Positions 25,818-38,106 of a stretch of 64,000 nucleotides of DNA are shown here, piece by piece. The stretch comes from Cycas panzhihuaensis (lineage: Eukaryota > Plantae > Cycadophyta). The notes under the pieces are model-generated. The model did no database searches and was not told the DNA's origin. It saw nothing but the letters and a program-made list of their open reading frames with translations. The position numbers were made by a program, and so were the translations under genes. Location of the stretch: the NCBI GenBank assembly GCA_023213395.1, contig CM041465.1, positions 159,409,741-159,473,740 on the forward strand, given 5' to 3'. Numbering within the stretch: position 1 is the first letter of the stretch; each line of letters opens with the position of its first letter.

Positions 25818-28310
25818 TGAAACGCCTCCGCTGGGCAATGATCCAACGCTTAGCGGAAGGGCATAAAACAATATGCTAAGCAAAGCTAAATAGCGAGGAT
25901 CATACCGCAGACGTCCGTGCGCCGAGCGCTGCACGGATCGCAAGGTGCCTGGTTGCTTCAGTGTAGCCGCAAGCGAGGCCTTCCTACCCTTCGGATGGCC
26001 GAAGGGAAAAGAATCCTCAGGCGTCGCTACTTCTCAAGGCAATGAGAAGGCAACGAGGGGCAACCAACCAAAGTGTAAAGAATACGGTAAATGCGGCTAG
26101 GGGATACAACGCAAACAAGTCTTCTATTCCTATGTTATGCAATGTAGCAAAGTAATACGAGAAAGCAAATGCACAATAAAAGGTTGTTTTCTTCTTTCCT
26201 TTATGTTCCTTTATCTATAGCAGGAAATGCAAAGAAGCAGAAAAGCATAAAGAAAATATGAAAGGCATGCGAAGAATACCTGGATCCGGCGTTCGAGCAG
26301 GCGGATGTCCCTCCTTGGTTGCGCTCCTTTCCTCCTCCCGCGCATGCAACGTCGATCGAAGACAACGAAGGGGGTGCACTTACCTCCCCAAAAGCATGCA
26401 AGGACTAAATGAAATGAAGGGAACGGAAGCAAAGCTCAACAAAAAAGGGAGAAGAAATACCATATGGGGGCCGATCGGCAACGGGTCGATCTCGCGCAAT
26501 GCTTCCTCCAACACAATCCTGCAAATAATCCCAACAAACGCCTTCCTCTCGGGAGAGAGGCTACCAAAACCGACGAGATATATATGTATATACTGAAAAT
26601 GAAATCAACTAAGCTAGAAAAATGTAGTTAAGCACCAACATGTAACGAAAATGAAACAAGGTCACGATAAATATGCGACCGTCAGACACCATAAACGCAC
26701 CGAATGGGATTGAGTGTAGCCTCGGGATGGCTAACTCACCCACGAGAGGTCTCCACGGTATAGGGAAAACAGTGCTAGCATGCGACAAGATGAGTCATGT
26801 AGTAACAAATTTCCTACACCAAGAGGGAAACTCAACCCAACTCTCCAAGGCTTCCCTAGCTCCGTTTCCTAAGAAAGCACGGGTGCTAAAGGGGGAGAGG
26901 ATAAGGGACAGAACCCTTGGGGAGAAGGACGGCAATGGGGGACGGAACCCCGCCTATCTCCCTCAAATCCTCGTGAAAACCCTTTATCTTTGGCTAGCTT
27001 AGGAAATGGCGAAGGAGGAAGCTAAGAGGAAGAGGATGGGTTTCAAGGAAATACAGGAAAAATGTGCCTAACCTAGGGCAGCACTCTAGTAAGCCACAAC
27101 TACTAAGATTACTTGCATCAAATGGCTAAGAGAAACCCAAAGGAAGTGCATGCAAAAGGGGGGAAAGAATTTGCAAGCAAAATAATGAAGAAAACAAGCA
27201 AAAAAGCACCAACAAGAGACAATAAATACCTTGAATAGAGACAAATAAGTGCATGTAGGTGCTTGGCCACTTAGAAGAGCAACCCAAGCAATGTCTAAGA
27301 GGTGGTGTTGAATGTCCTTTGCAAGAGAGTAGAAGAGTAGAGCTTCATGCAAGTTGAGATCTTGAAGATGGGTCTTTGAAGTGGTCTTTTGGTGAAGAAA
27401 ACCTCTTGAAGCTTTGGGTATTTGTGGAGAGGAGTGGTGCTTGCAATGGAGCTCCGTAGGGGGCAGCAATGGCCCTGCAACCCCAGCTGGTAATGGCCCA
27501 CTTCACCTCTGTCCCACTGCTGTAGAAGAAAATCTCTTGTTCACTGTTTCTTTGCCTTGTCTCTTTGTGGAGAAGTTGCTCTAGAAAACTTGAAAAATGA
27601 AGTGAAGAATTTTCATAATGAGTGAGAAAAAGGCTTTTATGCCTTGGGCATAGCAAGTGAACGTTGGGGGCCTTGGGGCGCCTCCAACCGTTCGGAGCCA
27701 CGCGAAAAAACGCGGCCACTGTCACGTGGTTTCTTTTTTTTTTCAAATTTTAAACAGTCGTACCGCGGCAAACTTCGCGGTACCGCTGCAAAATCCATGA
27801 TCGCTTAGTTTACCGCATCACCGAAACTCAAAAAGAAGAAAATGCAACATGAAAGTCATAAAAATCAGCTTTTTAAGGTAAGAACAGGGCTAAGCCCGAA
27901 ATACATCAATCGGGGAAGGCCAGCAGGGCAAGTACTCAAAATGGTGCAAAGAGCCCTAACTAAGGGTTAAACCAAAGCTTAGGAAGGGTTTGCAACATAA
28001 GTGGCACGTGGTAACACGAATAAACAAGCCGGCAAAAGCATCCCGAAGACCATGGAGACATCGTGAGTGGTCAGACGCCATACGGGTGTCGCATCCGCTT
28101 ATGGATGCCCTCAGTGAGTCGTCATAGGCTAAGAGGTGCCGTTAGGCACATGCATTATGAACAGGCAAACGAGCAATGCGTGCAGGCAGGCACATGTCAA
28201 TCAAACTATTCTAAATTCCCTTAGCAAACATAAGTAAGAAAAGTAAGAACATATACCTGCACAAACCTGTGTCGATGCGTCCCGAGTCCATTCCCACTAG
28301 CTGGGAAACA
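25818..28310 (-). repeat. 5' LTR of the young element
   Basis: TGAAACGC...GGAAACA on the + strand; matches 18426-20904. Confidence 0.93.
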
Positions 28311-28315
28311 ACAGT

Positions 28316-29200
28316 TTTCCATCCAACATTGTATGCGATCATGACCCTAAATTCACTAACTCCTTTTGGAAAGAGCTATTCCGCGCATCAGGAACATCAT
28401 TCAATATGAGTTCTGCATACCATCCACAGACCGATGGCTAGTCTGAGGTCCTTAACAAAACTCTGGAGAGCTACTTACATTGCTTTTCATATGACCACCA
28501 GTCTAAATAGACATCATGGCTAGCTCTAGTTGAGTATTGGTACAACTCCTCATACCATTTAGCCATTGGAATATCCCAAATTTTGGCTCTCTATGGGTAT
28601 CCCCCACCGTCCCACCACACCTTAGCTACCAACCTCCATACAATAACAGTGCAACAAAAATTAGAACATATGGACCAAATTCTCCACACCCTTAAACAAA
28701 ACCTATCCATAGCCCAAAATCGAATGAAATAATTAGCAGACTACCACCGCTCTAATCACTCCTTCAATATTGGGGATCTAGTATTTCTTTGTTTCCAACC
28801 TTATAAATAACAATCCCTTTGCCATCATAAGAACCACAAACTTAGCCCTCGATATTATGGCCCCTATAAAGTCCTTAAATGTATTAGTGAAGTTGCATAT
28901 GCTCTCGACCTTCCCCCCACCATAAACATCCATAATGTTTTTCATGTCTCTTGTCTTTGGAAGTGTCTAAGCAAAACTCATACTCCCCAGACAACCCTTC
29001 AAATTTTGGATGAAGAGCAAACCTTATCCATACCTCCAGAACGTATCTTGGCTATTAGACAATGGCGTCTCTGGAATCAGTCCATTCCAGAATATTCGAT
29101 ACAGTGGATAGGCTGCACCTTTGACAAAGCAACTTGGGAGTCTGATGAGTTTGTCAAAAAGCATCTGCATCTCACATGCCTTAAGGACTCAGCATCTTAG
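28316..29200 (+). pseudogene. pol: Chromovirus integrase core/C-terminus and chromodomain
   Basis: SSAYHPQTDG, EYWYNSSYH, KLSPRYYGPYKV, IHNVFHVS, EYSIQWIG...ATWE. Confidence 0.93.
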
Positions 29201-29211
29201 GGGAGGGGACT

Positions 29212-29585
29212 TGTTACATAACTTATCTAACTAAGTTATGTAAACCACTATGGAACTTTGTGCATGTGCCATCTAGTAGGCCAATAGTATGCATGGGCGC
29301 TGCCACCTAATAGAATATAAGGACACTTAGGCTGCCAATAGGATTACATGTATAAGACTCTATTTTGTCTATATAAGGGTCATAAATTGTAAATGATGGT
29401 TATCTTGATAGAACATTTTTATAAAGATTGTGCCGCGATACTTTCTATCTTTTGATGATCATTTAGCACTCTGGTGTTTCTATGAAACTCTTAGTTAACT
29501 TGTTTGCTTTATTGGATAAGAAGATGTTACTGCGATTGTTAAATTCTCTACTATCTCAAGAGTATTGGCGAGAAGAAATGCCCCA
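29212..29585 (+). repeat. Chromovirus 3' LTR, preceded by PPT 29199-29209
   Basis: Match to 13238-13611. Confidence 0.95.
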
Positions 29586-30289
29586 CTTTTAGCCCCCACG
29601 GTTCAACCTTTGAGGATTAAGGTTTGTGTTCTTATCTTCTTGGTTTTGTTGAAAATGTCATCCTTATTATAGCTTAAGAGGTATTGATATTTCTTGATTA
29701 AGTCAATCATCAATCACCCAATATTGTTTATTCTCTCTCCTCATTGTATCTCAGTGAAAATTATATGATGATCATAGTTGAAGTGATGAATGACTATCTT
29801 CTAGAAAGCATGTTCAACACTGCCTGGTTCACCATGACCCTTATCTTAACCATTATATGGAATGATTTAGATAGTAGTGGAGTCACACAAGAAAAGAAGA
29901 AGAAGAAAGAGGCAAGTTAAGAAAGAAAAGAATCCCTTTGTGCTTTTCACCCTCTTATTATTTAGAGCAAGTTACACAATGAATTTGGCTCTACTTGCAT
30001 TAATGTAAGCTAGGTTTATTGGGATGCATCATTCAAGACCTTTAGATCCAATCACTTGGGTCCACTATGGTCTTAATTATATTAAACCTATTCAACATTT
30101 TGTAGCCTTTTACCTTAATGTATGTTTAGGGTGATACTCTCATGATAAGGAAACTTAATCATGACCCTATCTCCTTCCCATCTTATAGTTAAACTTAAGT
30201 CCCTTATATAGGAACCACTTCCTTGTAGGTTGATTCTCGCACCATCCCTACATCTATTATTTTTTCTTTGAGCTTAATCCTCTCTTATT

Positions 30290-30688
30290 ATGGCATTGAG
30301 CATACATATCGATAGGGGTAGTTGAGGTAATTTGGGATTATTTCCTATTGCATGGGTAGTCTATGACCAATTAGGCAATATCTTAACCTTCGCTGATATG
30401 TTTCTACCTTCAGGAACTAATAATGAAGTTGAATATATTATAGTCTTAGGAACCCTAATAGATGTCCTATAATTTTATGATGGTCCTATTAATATTTTCT
30501 ATAACTTTTAAGTTGTAGTCCTTCAACTTGTTGGCACTTACCATATTCATTCTTTTCGATTACACTCCCTTTATATTTGAGCTTCATCATTATTACCTTG
30601 CTTCTCATCGGTCATTATCTAATATATCTCACCTAGTAAAAAAGTCAAAGCTAACTCTTTAGTCTCCTATATTTTAGAGTGCCATTAG
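30290..30688 (+). pseudogene. Stand-alone archaeal/plant-type RNase HI (aRH) of the outer element
   Basis: One frame of 133 codons with internal stops: MALSIHIDRGS*GNLG..IAWVVYDQLG..GTNNEVEY..VVVLQL..G.Y.I..KANSLVSYILECH*. TATA-like CCTTATATAGG about 85 bp upstream. Confidence 0.85.
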
Positions 30689-30799
30689 TTTTAACCTTAT
30701 CCTTCTAAGCTAGGGGTATTACTTTATAATAAATATAAACTAATTAAGTACTCCATCATGAGTATAAATTGAAATATAAATACTATTATAAGAAAATAC

Positions 30800-33700
30800 T
30801 GGAATCGCACCTTAGGGAGGGGGGAAGGGTAACTAAACTTGAACGAGGTCAAGCTAAATTATCAATGACTTAGGTAACTATGGACCTATGGTGGCAAGTG
30901 AAAGCAATCACCCACAAAGGGCATCTGTGCATCGGAACACAGTTTCGAGACTCGCAAATGGCACACAAATGTCTTTGAGGTAACCCTTCCTCGATTTGGA
31001 GTAACAGGCAGATGATGGATCTCCTTGATTTCCTGAGTAACCTTAAGAGGGGATCTCCCATCCTTAGATGGGTGAAGGAGGGAAGAAAAAGAGTGAGGGA
31101 ATGGCTCCTCGTGTAAGAAAAAGAAGGTATGAAATAGATGACTTTTAGCTGAAGAAAGGAGAATGGCCAACGCACGTGGGTGGTTAAGGTTATGACTAGC
31201 ATTGTGGGCTAGAGGTTGACCTGTAGGCCAAACAAAAGGAGCCTAAATAAGAGAGGTGAAGGAAATGGAGTAGGGTAAATGGCCTTGAGAGGGGGGTGCC
31301 TCTAAGGTGCCAACTGTAAGAAGATCTTAGGAGTGGGAATTACTAAAAGAAGTTATCTCAATGTTTGTGTTTGTTTGTGGCAAGGTAACATGATGTAAAA
31401 AGGATGTAGTGCATGCAATAATGTGTTTTTATACGTGAAGAAGTTACTTTTCAAAGTAAGAAAAACAATGTGAAATTCTCACTCATTTATCCACATATGT
31501 AACCTCACTCTCTTTATCTTTTAAATATAAGAAAGAAAGGTCACAAAGGGTAGCTATATGGCACAAAAATATATGCAAGAGATGTAAGGCTTCTAGGTAA
31601 TGCAACAACGTAGGAGGATGTAGGCATACACATGCGTAAATTCTCACTACATGCACTTTGCAAAGGAAGCAAACCGACTAGTTAAGTGTAAGTGAGCTAA
31701 GCTAATCCTTCTTCTTTTCTTTTTCTCCAAACGATCTCCAAACGAAAGGAAGAGAGTAAAGAGAGGAAAATTAGGGAAGTGCAAGGTGTACTTGGAATAC
31801 AATGGTCAAAGTACTACTACCCTTACTATCCTTACTACCCTTGCTCTTTTCCAACCATGGATGGTGCAATGGAATGATGTTAATGAAAAAGGGGAGGGAG
31901 GCTCCCTTACCTTCCCCTAAATAAAAGGAAAAGATAAGAAAAGAAAGCAATACAAGGAAATACGAAGGTAAATACAACTTTAACTTACAACTTTATGAGC
32001 TAAAATAAATGATGTTTGGAAAGGGAGGAACGTACCTGGAACGAAACCTCCTTCACTTTCCATATGCAACAAGATAACCTACAATCAAACAAGGTTTTCC
32101 CTTTCCCAAGGGGCACAAAATATATGCGTGATAGATGTATAATATGGAGAATGACATGATACATATATCTTAGTTAAAGAATCACATTCACCACAATATC
32201 ACTCTTTATCCTCTATGTGTCATCTGATAAACAATATGGGGAGAAGGGAGGAAAAGGGAGACAGAGGATGACTAGCCTCAGAATGGTTAATACTCTTGAT
32301 CAGAAAGTGATCCACACTGCCCAAGTACCAGGATGAGAGGAGGAGTAAGTGTGTGAACTCTTAGAATGCAAGCCAAGAAGCTATGAATAATGTTGTAAAT
32401 GTCGTCAATGCTATAGAAGTTACAATGTACAACTTTTGTAATTTTGACAAGGCTAGGCCAAAGGGAAAAACAGATATGGGATGGTGGCTAAAAACTCACT
32501 TATGTAGGACTAGAACGGATTGGTAGAAAGCACATCAATGGGGTATCTATGCTACTATCAGCAGTGATCTTCCTTCCAACGACCCTTTGGAAACCCAAGA
32601 GAAGCATGGAGAAAGAAGAGGTAAGGAGAGAAGGGGGCTGCCCTTAAGGAGAAGGATTGCTGGGTGTGGAACCATGCCTTTGCTCCTTTAACTCTCTGTG
32701 AGTGCCTCTCCATTACTGCCTCCTTGAAGAAATCAGGGAGTAAGTGGAAGAATAAAGGGAAACCAATGAAAAAGGGAGGGTTTACCTCCCATTTACAATA
32801 GAGAAAATGTGCTGCAAAAGTATTGACAAACGATATTTTTATTACTCAAAGGGAGGGAAAATAAGGTATAAGCTTAGAGATACCTATTGTATGCAGATCA
32901 TAGGCATATCTACCTGAGAAAAAAGGGAGAGAAAATAACCCTGTGGGGTTTGCAGGTGGGAAACCCAAAGAGGCAGCAAGCTAGAAAGAAACTAGTGCGA
33001 AGAGGAGAATCTAAGCTTGATGGAGCACTTGGAGCATGATCTTCACTTGGGTGACCACATTACAGGCATGTTGCTCTGTGTTTAGAGCTGTAGGAGGCTG
33101 GTAGTTAGTTGAGAAGTTGACGTAGCAGGTTATGTCCTGTTTCAAGGCCCTTTTTAATGAAGTGGTATGAAAAATGAATGAGAGAGAGAGAGCAAATGAG
33201 GATGTTTTTGGGTATTTAAACCCAACCCTAACTCAACCGACTGATTAGGGTTTGGCCTAGTCTAGAAATAAGTCATTGCCACATGGTAATTTCACAATAA
33301 ATGTAAAAGTAATCATGGCAGATTTTAAAAAATAAATTATGATAATTGCCCTTCAGTAAACTTCGTGGTACTGTGAAGTTTGCAATGGTACTATGAAGTT
33401 TATTACAATGTAGCATAAGCATGGAGAAAAATAAAGATAAAGAAGCTTATAAGCTCTAAAAAAAGGTAAACTCAGGCCTAGAGGTGCATGGTACTCTATC
33501 TAGGTTATAGGAAAGGGTTGTGGGGCTTACAAAAGCTTATAATAGACATGTATTAATGGCAAGAAGTTCCCAAAAAGATCAACAAATAGATGGAGGATGA
33601 TAACTAAGCCTAGATGAGGTGTTAGGGTCCATGATGCACTGACATGTGATGAGATTGGGCTACGAAGGCCAAAATGGCACTTGGGAACATTGCAGAAACA

Positions 33701-33945
33701 CGAAAGAGGGTTATGGAGCACCATGGGACTCATATCCCTAAATCATCATAGGCTAAAAAAAGTGCTAAGATGTAATATAGAAAAGCTATGAATGCATAAT
33801 GATCATGGAGTAAATCAATCATCATGTAACAGAAATGCAATGCTTCAATCCATCTTTCTTAGAATTGATAAAGGTGAGGGATAGAAGTTCACCTATACTT
33901 ACCTAATTCAACTCGCTTGTATCCATTCCCGGTAGCTAGGAAACA
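30800..33945 (-). repeat. 3' LTR of the 20-kb element
   Basis: TGGAATCGCACC...GGAAACA on the + strand; colinear with 47926-51070. Confidence 0.93.
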
Positions 33946-34444
33946 CTGCCTTGTTGGAAGTAGAGCCTTACTACTCAAAAGTGTATTACAATGGTGAATG
34001 TTAGAAACAAAATGTTAGCAATATATATACAACAAATACAACAATGGTATAAGCCAAGGGTGACGACAAGTGTTTTGGCGGGATGCGTGGATAGGGAGAT
34101 AAGAGAGAGGCAACATAGGGACTGCTTATGGATTGCCCTAAAGCTGACGGGTAGAGAATACAGATGGGGGGATGCCCCCATCATATAAATGTAATATAAA
34201 TAGTGGTGACGACCATGGGCAAGATCAAACAGATGCTACGGATGAGATGTTATATGCATAAAAGCACGAGAATAATAAGGACCCTGCACTGAGAGCAGTA
34301 TGAATGGTAGGGTGAAGAGAATAAACCTGATGGTCACCATAGTTTAACCTCATTGGTAACCAACTTTTAGAGATATGAGTGGATCACAAGATGGAAGAAT
34401 GGGATGACCTGGAACCTAGACACCTAGGCGACCGATCAGGTCCT

Positions 34445-34867
34445 TCAAGGAGGATCATCGAGGAGAGGGAGGTGACACTCAAGGATGAGACAGATGAGGT
34501 TGTCTACCTTAATATTGTGGTACAAAGGGATATGTCAGATATCAACAAAAGAGAAACGAGACAAAAAGGACTTAGTAGTCAAGGCGAGGGCTTCGAGGCA
34601 TGGGCAATGCACCTGGTGGACCTAGGTGAGATGAGGCATCACAACCTGAGAGTCATAAAGGAGGATGATGGGTCCATGGTGGAAGTAGAGTGTGTCAGTA
34701 AGGGCTTCGGTAACGATTATATACTTAGCTTTGTTATTGGTGGATTTATGAAGGAAGATCCCAGAACACATGTAATCATATCCAGAGGGATCAAGGAGGA
34801 TCTATGCAATGGAAGAAGGGCCTGGGTTACCATGACTTCCATTGGTGGTAAAGATGAGTAACAACAT
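34445..34867 (-). pseudogene. Stand-alone RNase HI (aRH), cassette copy A
   Basis: 141 codons in one frame: MLLLIFTTNGSHGNPGPSSIA*ILLDPSG..STNNKAKY..YDSQVV..HIPLYHNIKVDNL. Confidence 0.85.
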
Positions 34868-35942
34868 AGTATGGAAATGGGGATCTTGGTGAGATAGATG
34901 AAAAAAAAAAGAGTGATAATGGGCTCGACAAGTAAAGAAGGGTATTAAAGGTAGCACTGGGGTTACAAAGTACTTAGAAGGCTATAAATAGGGACCGTTG
35001 GGGATATGAGAGCCCTAGAAGAAGGCCATCCAGGGATGAGGAAACCCTAGAAAGGCTTGAAGAGGTAGTGAAAATGAACTTAGGGCAGTAAAACAGGCCA
35101 AATGAATATAAACATGAGCATGCTTTGGGATAGTGCAAAAATCAAGATGGAAGGAGTCTATTGGAGATTGAAGGGGTCGTCATAAATGTGTCAAGGAGGC
35201 AAAAAATGGAGGCCATGGAGGTGAAACGAGGGACAAACCTAGAAGATAAAGGTGATGTAGGAAAAGAGGTAGTCATAAGGGCTGTCGCAACAAAAGAAAA
35301 GGAGGAAGTGACCATCGGGGCCCTTGCCTATATAAGGGAAACTTGGGGAAAACAAAATTCATTTTCACAGGCACACGATCGATCTGGAGCCCTTTCTATT
35401 ATACAGTAGAGCACTGCCTGACTTTGGAGGCACATAAAGGGAGAACTAACCATTGGATTGAGGCATGGAGATAGCCGATGATACTAAGATGACAGGATGG
35501 AAATAGCGAGACTGAATCTAGTGAGTGGATCACCCCCTACCCATTCCATTTCGTCTATTTAATTTAATATGGTTTTATACTTTTTAGAGTAGTTTTTTGC
35601 CCCTTAAGAGAGAAGTGGGATCCTCTTGAGAGTGATTTAGGCCCAGAGAGGGGGAGGATCGGGGCATTAGGTAGCCCTAGTCCTAGTGGGCCTACAAAAG
35701 TTTTTGGTCTTTTTGGCATTACCCCCCCTTGTGTGGGGGCTATGGATGGCCTCATGGCGAAATTCACAGTACCATAGAGTTTTCCAGAGGGCCACTAAGA
35801 AAATACTGAAATATTAGTAGGGCCCATATCAAACTCTATGGTATTACAGAGTTTAACACAGGGCATAGTACAACAAGCAGAAAAAAGAAGAAAAGGGACC
35901 TGAAAAGGTGCCAAACTTAGCCTAGAGAAGGCGAGAGGTAAC

Positions 35943-38106
35943 ATGAGGGTAGGCAGGCAGAGTGTGGAGTATTCTAACTAGTTGTTGGGTACTTTTACAA
36001 GCAGTTGTCATGGTAGACAACCGCAAGAACATAGGGATAGCAATGATGAGCTTTATCAAGATGATGACATGGGGGGATTGACAGACACTAGGGTGATGTC
36101 GACTGCTACAGATTTTTAGGATGCCTCAGTATGCTTCAAATCAGCATCTCGTAGTAGATATAGTCACCCATTGGGATCGTAAGTGACATGTGTTCCACCT
36201 CCCCTAGGTGGGGGATATCACTATTACACTAGGGGACATTCGGAGGATCCTGGGTGTACCGACAGGAGGAGCACTAACATCACTATGGATATTGCCTAGT
36301 AATGATACTGCACATAGGGAGGTGACCACGTTCTTCACTAGCTAGGACAAGTGAGATAGACAAGGAGTGTCAGTCCAAACTATGGTTATGTCACGGATTC
36401 CTTAAGTGAGGAAGTTGATCACATTGGGCATTCTATTCTAAGCTTCTTGAAAATAGAACTACAAGGACATACCCAACAGATGGATGGAGACACTCAGGAG
36501 GCGCAAGGTTAGGGAGAGACTAGATTGGGCTACTCTGATAGTGGAAAATATGGTCACCCAGTTAGATGCCATCACGGTGACTAGGAGAGGAGGATTCTCT
36601 TATTGCACATTGTTACAGTGCTATTTTTTTTTATGATTTTGGGGTAGTAGCACCACTAAGAGGACCAAATCCCATCTTACCATGGGCTCCTATGGTACAC
36701 ATGTAGAAGACTCAGTTTAGGAGGATCGAGGAAAAGGATCATGTTAGGTGATCAATGGAGGCAATATCACTAGATCTTCTCACCATGATAGACTATACAG
36801 AGTACCCATATAGAGGAGTGAGGTGGGATAATGATGAGGAGGCAGGAGGAGTGGGAGGTGCCCCTAGAGATGGAGATGACGATGATAGAGGTGACGGGGG
36901 TGATGGGGCAAGTCCATCAAGAGCACCAGGTGGTGAGGTGGGTCCATCATGGACTGCATGAGGTGAGGCATGGCCTTAGGGAGCCGCAGGAGGAGAGGCG
37001 ATTCCCTTAAGAGTTGCAGGGAGAGGTAGGCCACCCTACACACTAGTCTAGAACCTGAGGGTGATGGTAAGAGGTCAGGCAGTGGCAACGATAGTAGCAA
37101 TAGATGACAGAAAGAGGAGGGGATACCTTAGTAGGCTAAGTGATAGGTGATGTGGTACCTGAGGAGGAGGAAGTACCAATAGCTGAGGGAGGTCTCGAGG
37201 AGGAGGTGGTCATCCAAGTAGAGGAGCCGACCATCCTAGGAGGTGAGACTCTATCTTTTCCTATCGTCTTTTAACCACTAGGTATTTAGATGGCTTGTTT
37301 TGATTTAGTTTTAGGATTTGATATATACATGGATGTATAGACTAACATGTGGTGTGTTTGATTTGGCAGCAATCATAGGGATGGAAAGGTTGGTCGAGGT
37401 GATAGTCTGGAAGGTATTTCCCTAGGTCTACATAGAGGGGCAACCTCCCATCCAGGCTGGAGAGGAGCCATAATTATAGGGGCACATATAATGACATTTG
37501 CCCCACTAATCAGGGCTAGGAACATATGGGTAACAAAGTCCCAGGAGGGCTAAGCAAGGGTGGGATAACTACAAGGATAGCTAGATGGGACCTGAGCAGA
37601 GATGGATTAGGCGGTTGTGGAGAGGGATATCCTATAAGGCTAGGATGAGGCATTAGAGGCTGAGGGAAGAGGAGTATGTGGAGATGCAAAGAGCCGCATT
37701 TAAATTACCATGCTGGAGGAGAGACTCTAAGGAGTAGAGGAGAGACTCCAAGTAGTAGAGGGATACAGGGATTATATCTAGATGTTATGTGATCAATTGG
37801 TAGAGCAAATAGTAGGGAGGTCATCATGGAGTAGGACTCAGACTCAAACGATGATGGTGACCTCGAGGAGGCCTCGAGATGAGGGGAGAAAGGCTAAGAG
37901 ATCACAGAGGTGCAGGAGGAGCCTAGGAGGCATGTGGTCTCCTGGGGAGGGATCACTCCAGCCAGGAGATGAAACTCTTTGAGCATAGGAGCATTGGAGA
38001 GCACGGTATGATTAGTTTTTATCAGGATAGCACTAGACCTCCAGGGAGTCACCATATGTTGCCACATGATTGTACTCCTCCCTACAAGGATTCCAGCTTC
38101 CTATAG
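35943..38106 (+). pseudogene. Antisense plant mobile domain (PMD, PF10536-like) gene with a 127-nt intron (37243-37369), copy A
   Basis: IVTHWDRK..VFHLP..GDITITLGDIRRILG, DWATLIVENMVTQL..GGFSYCTLLQ, EYPYRG, acidic/Gly-rich tail. Intron AG|GTGAG...GACTAAC...CAG|. Ends approximate. Confidence 0.72.

Larger units (their letters stand above)
18426..28310 (-). mobile_element. Young non-autonomous Tat-type LTR element encoding only Gag and protease (TR-GAG-like)
   Basis: Perfect 5-bp TSD ACAGT (18421-25, 28311-15) splitting the host integrase (IFHLHS|FPSNIV), ~2.5-kb LTRs, minus-strand PBS, 4.9-kb interior with no RT/RH/INT motifs seen. Confidence 0.93.
13238..29585 (+). mobile_element. Chromovirus (Reina-like Ty3/Gypsy), about 6.5 kb without its nested insertion
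   Basis: 374-bp LTRs TG...CA, near-TSD CTTTC/CTTTT, PBS TGGTATCAGAG, PPT AGGGGAGGGGA, gag-PR-RT-RH-INT-chromodomain. Confidence 0.95.

Noticed and set aside
34379-34861. 160-aa plus-strand ORF (also 41566-41820)
   Set aside because: Shadow frame on the opposite strand of the RNase H pseudogene.
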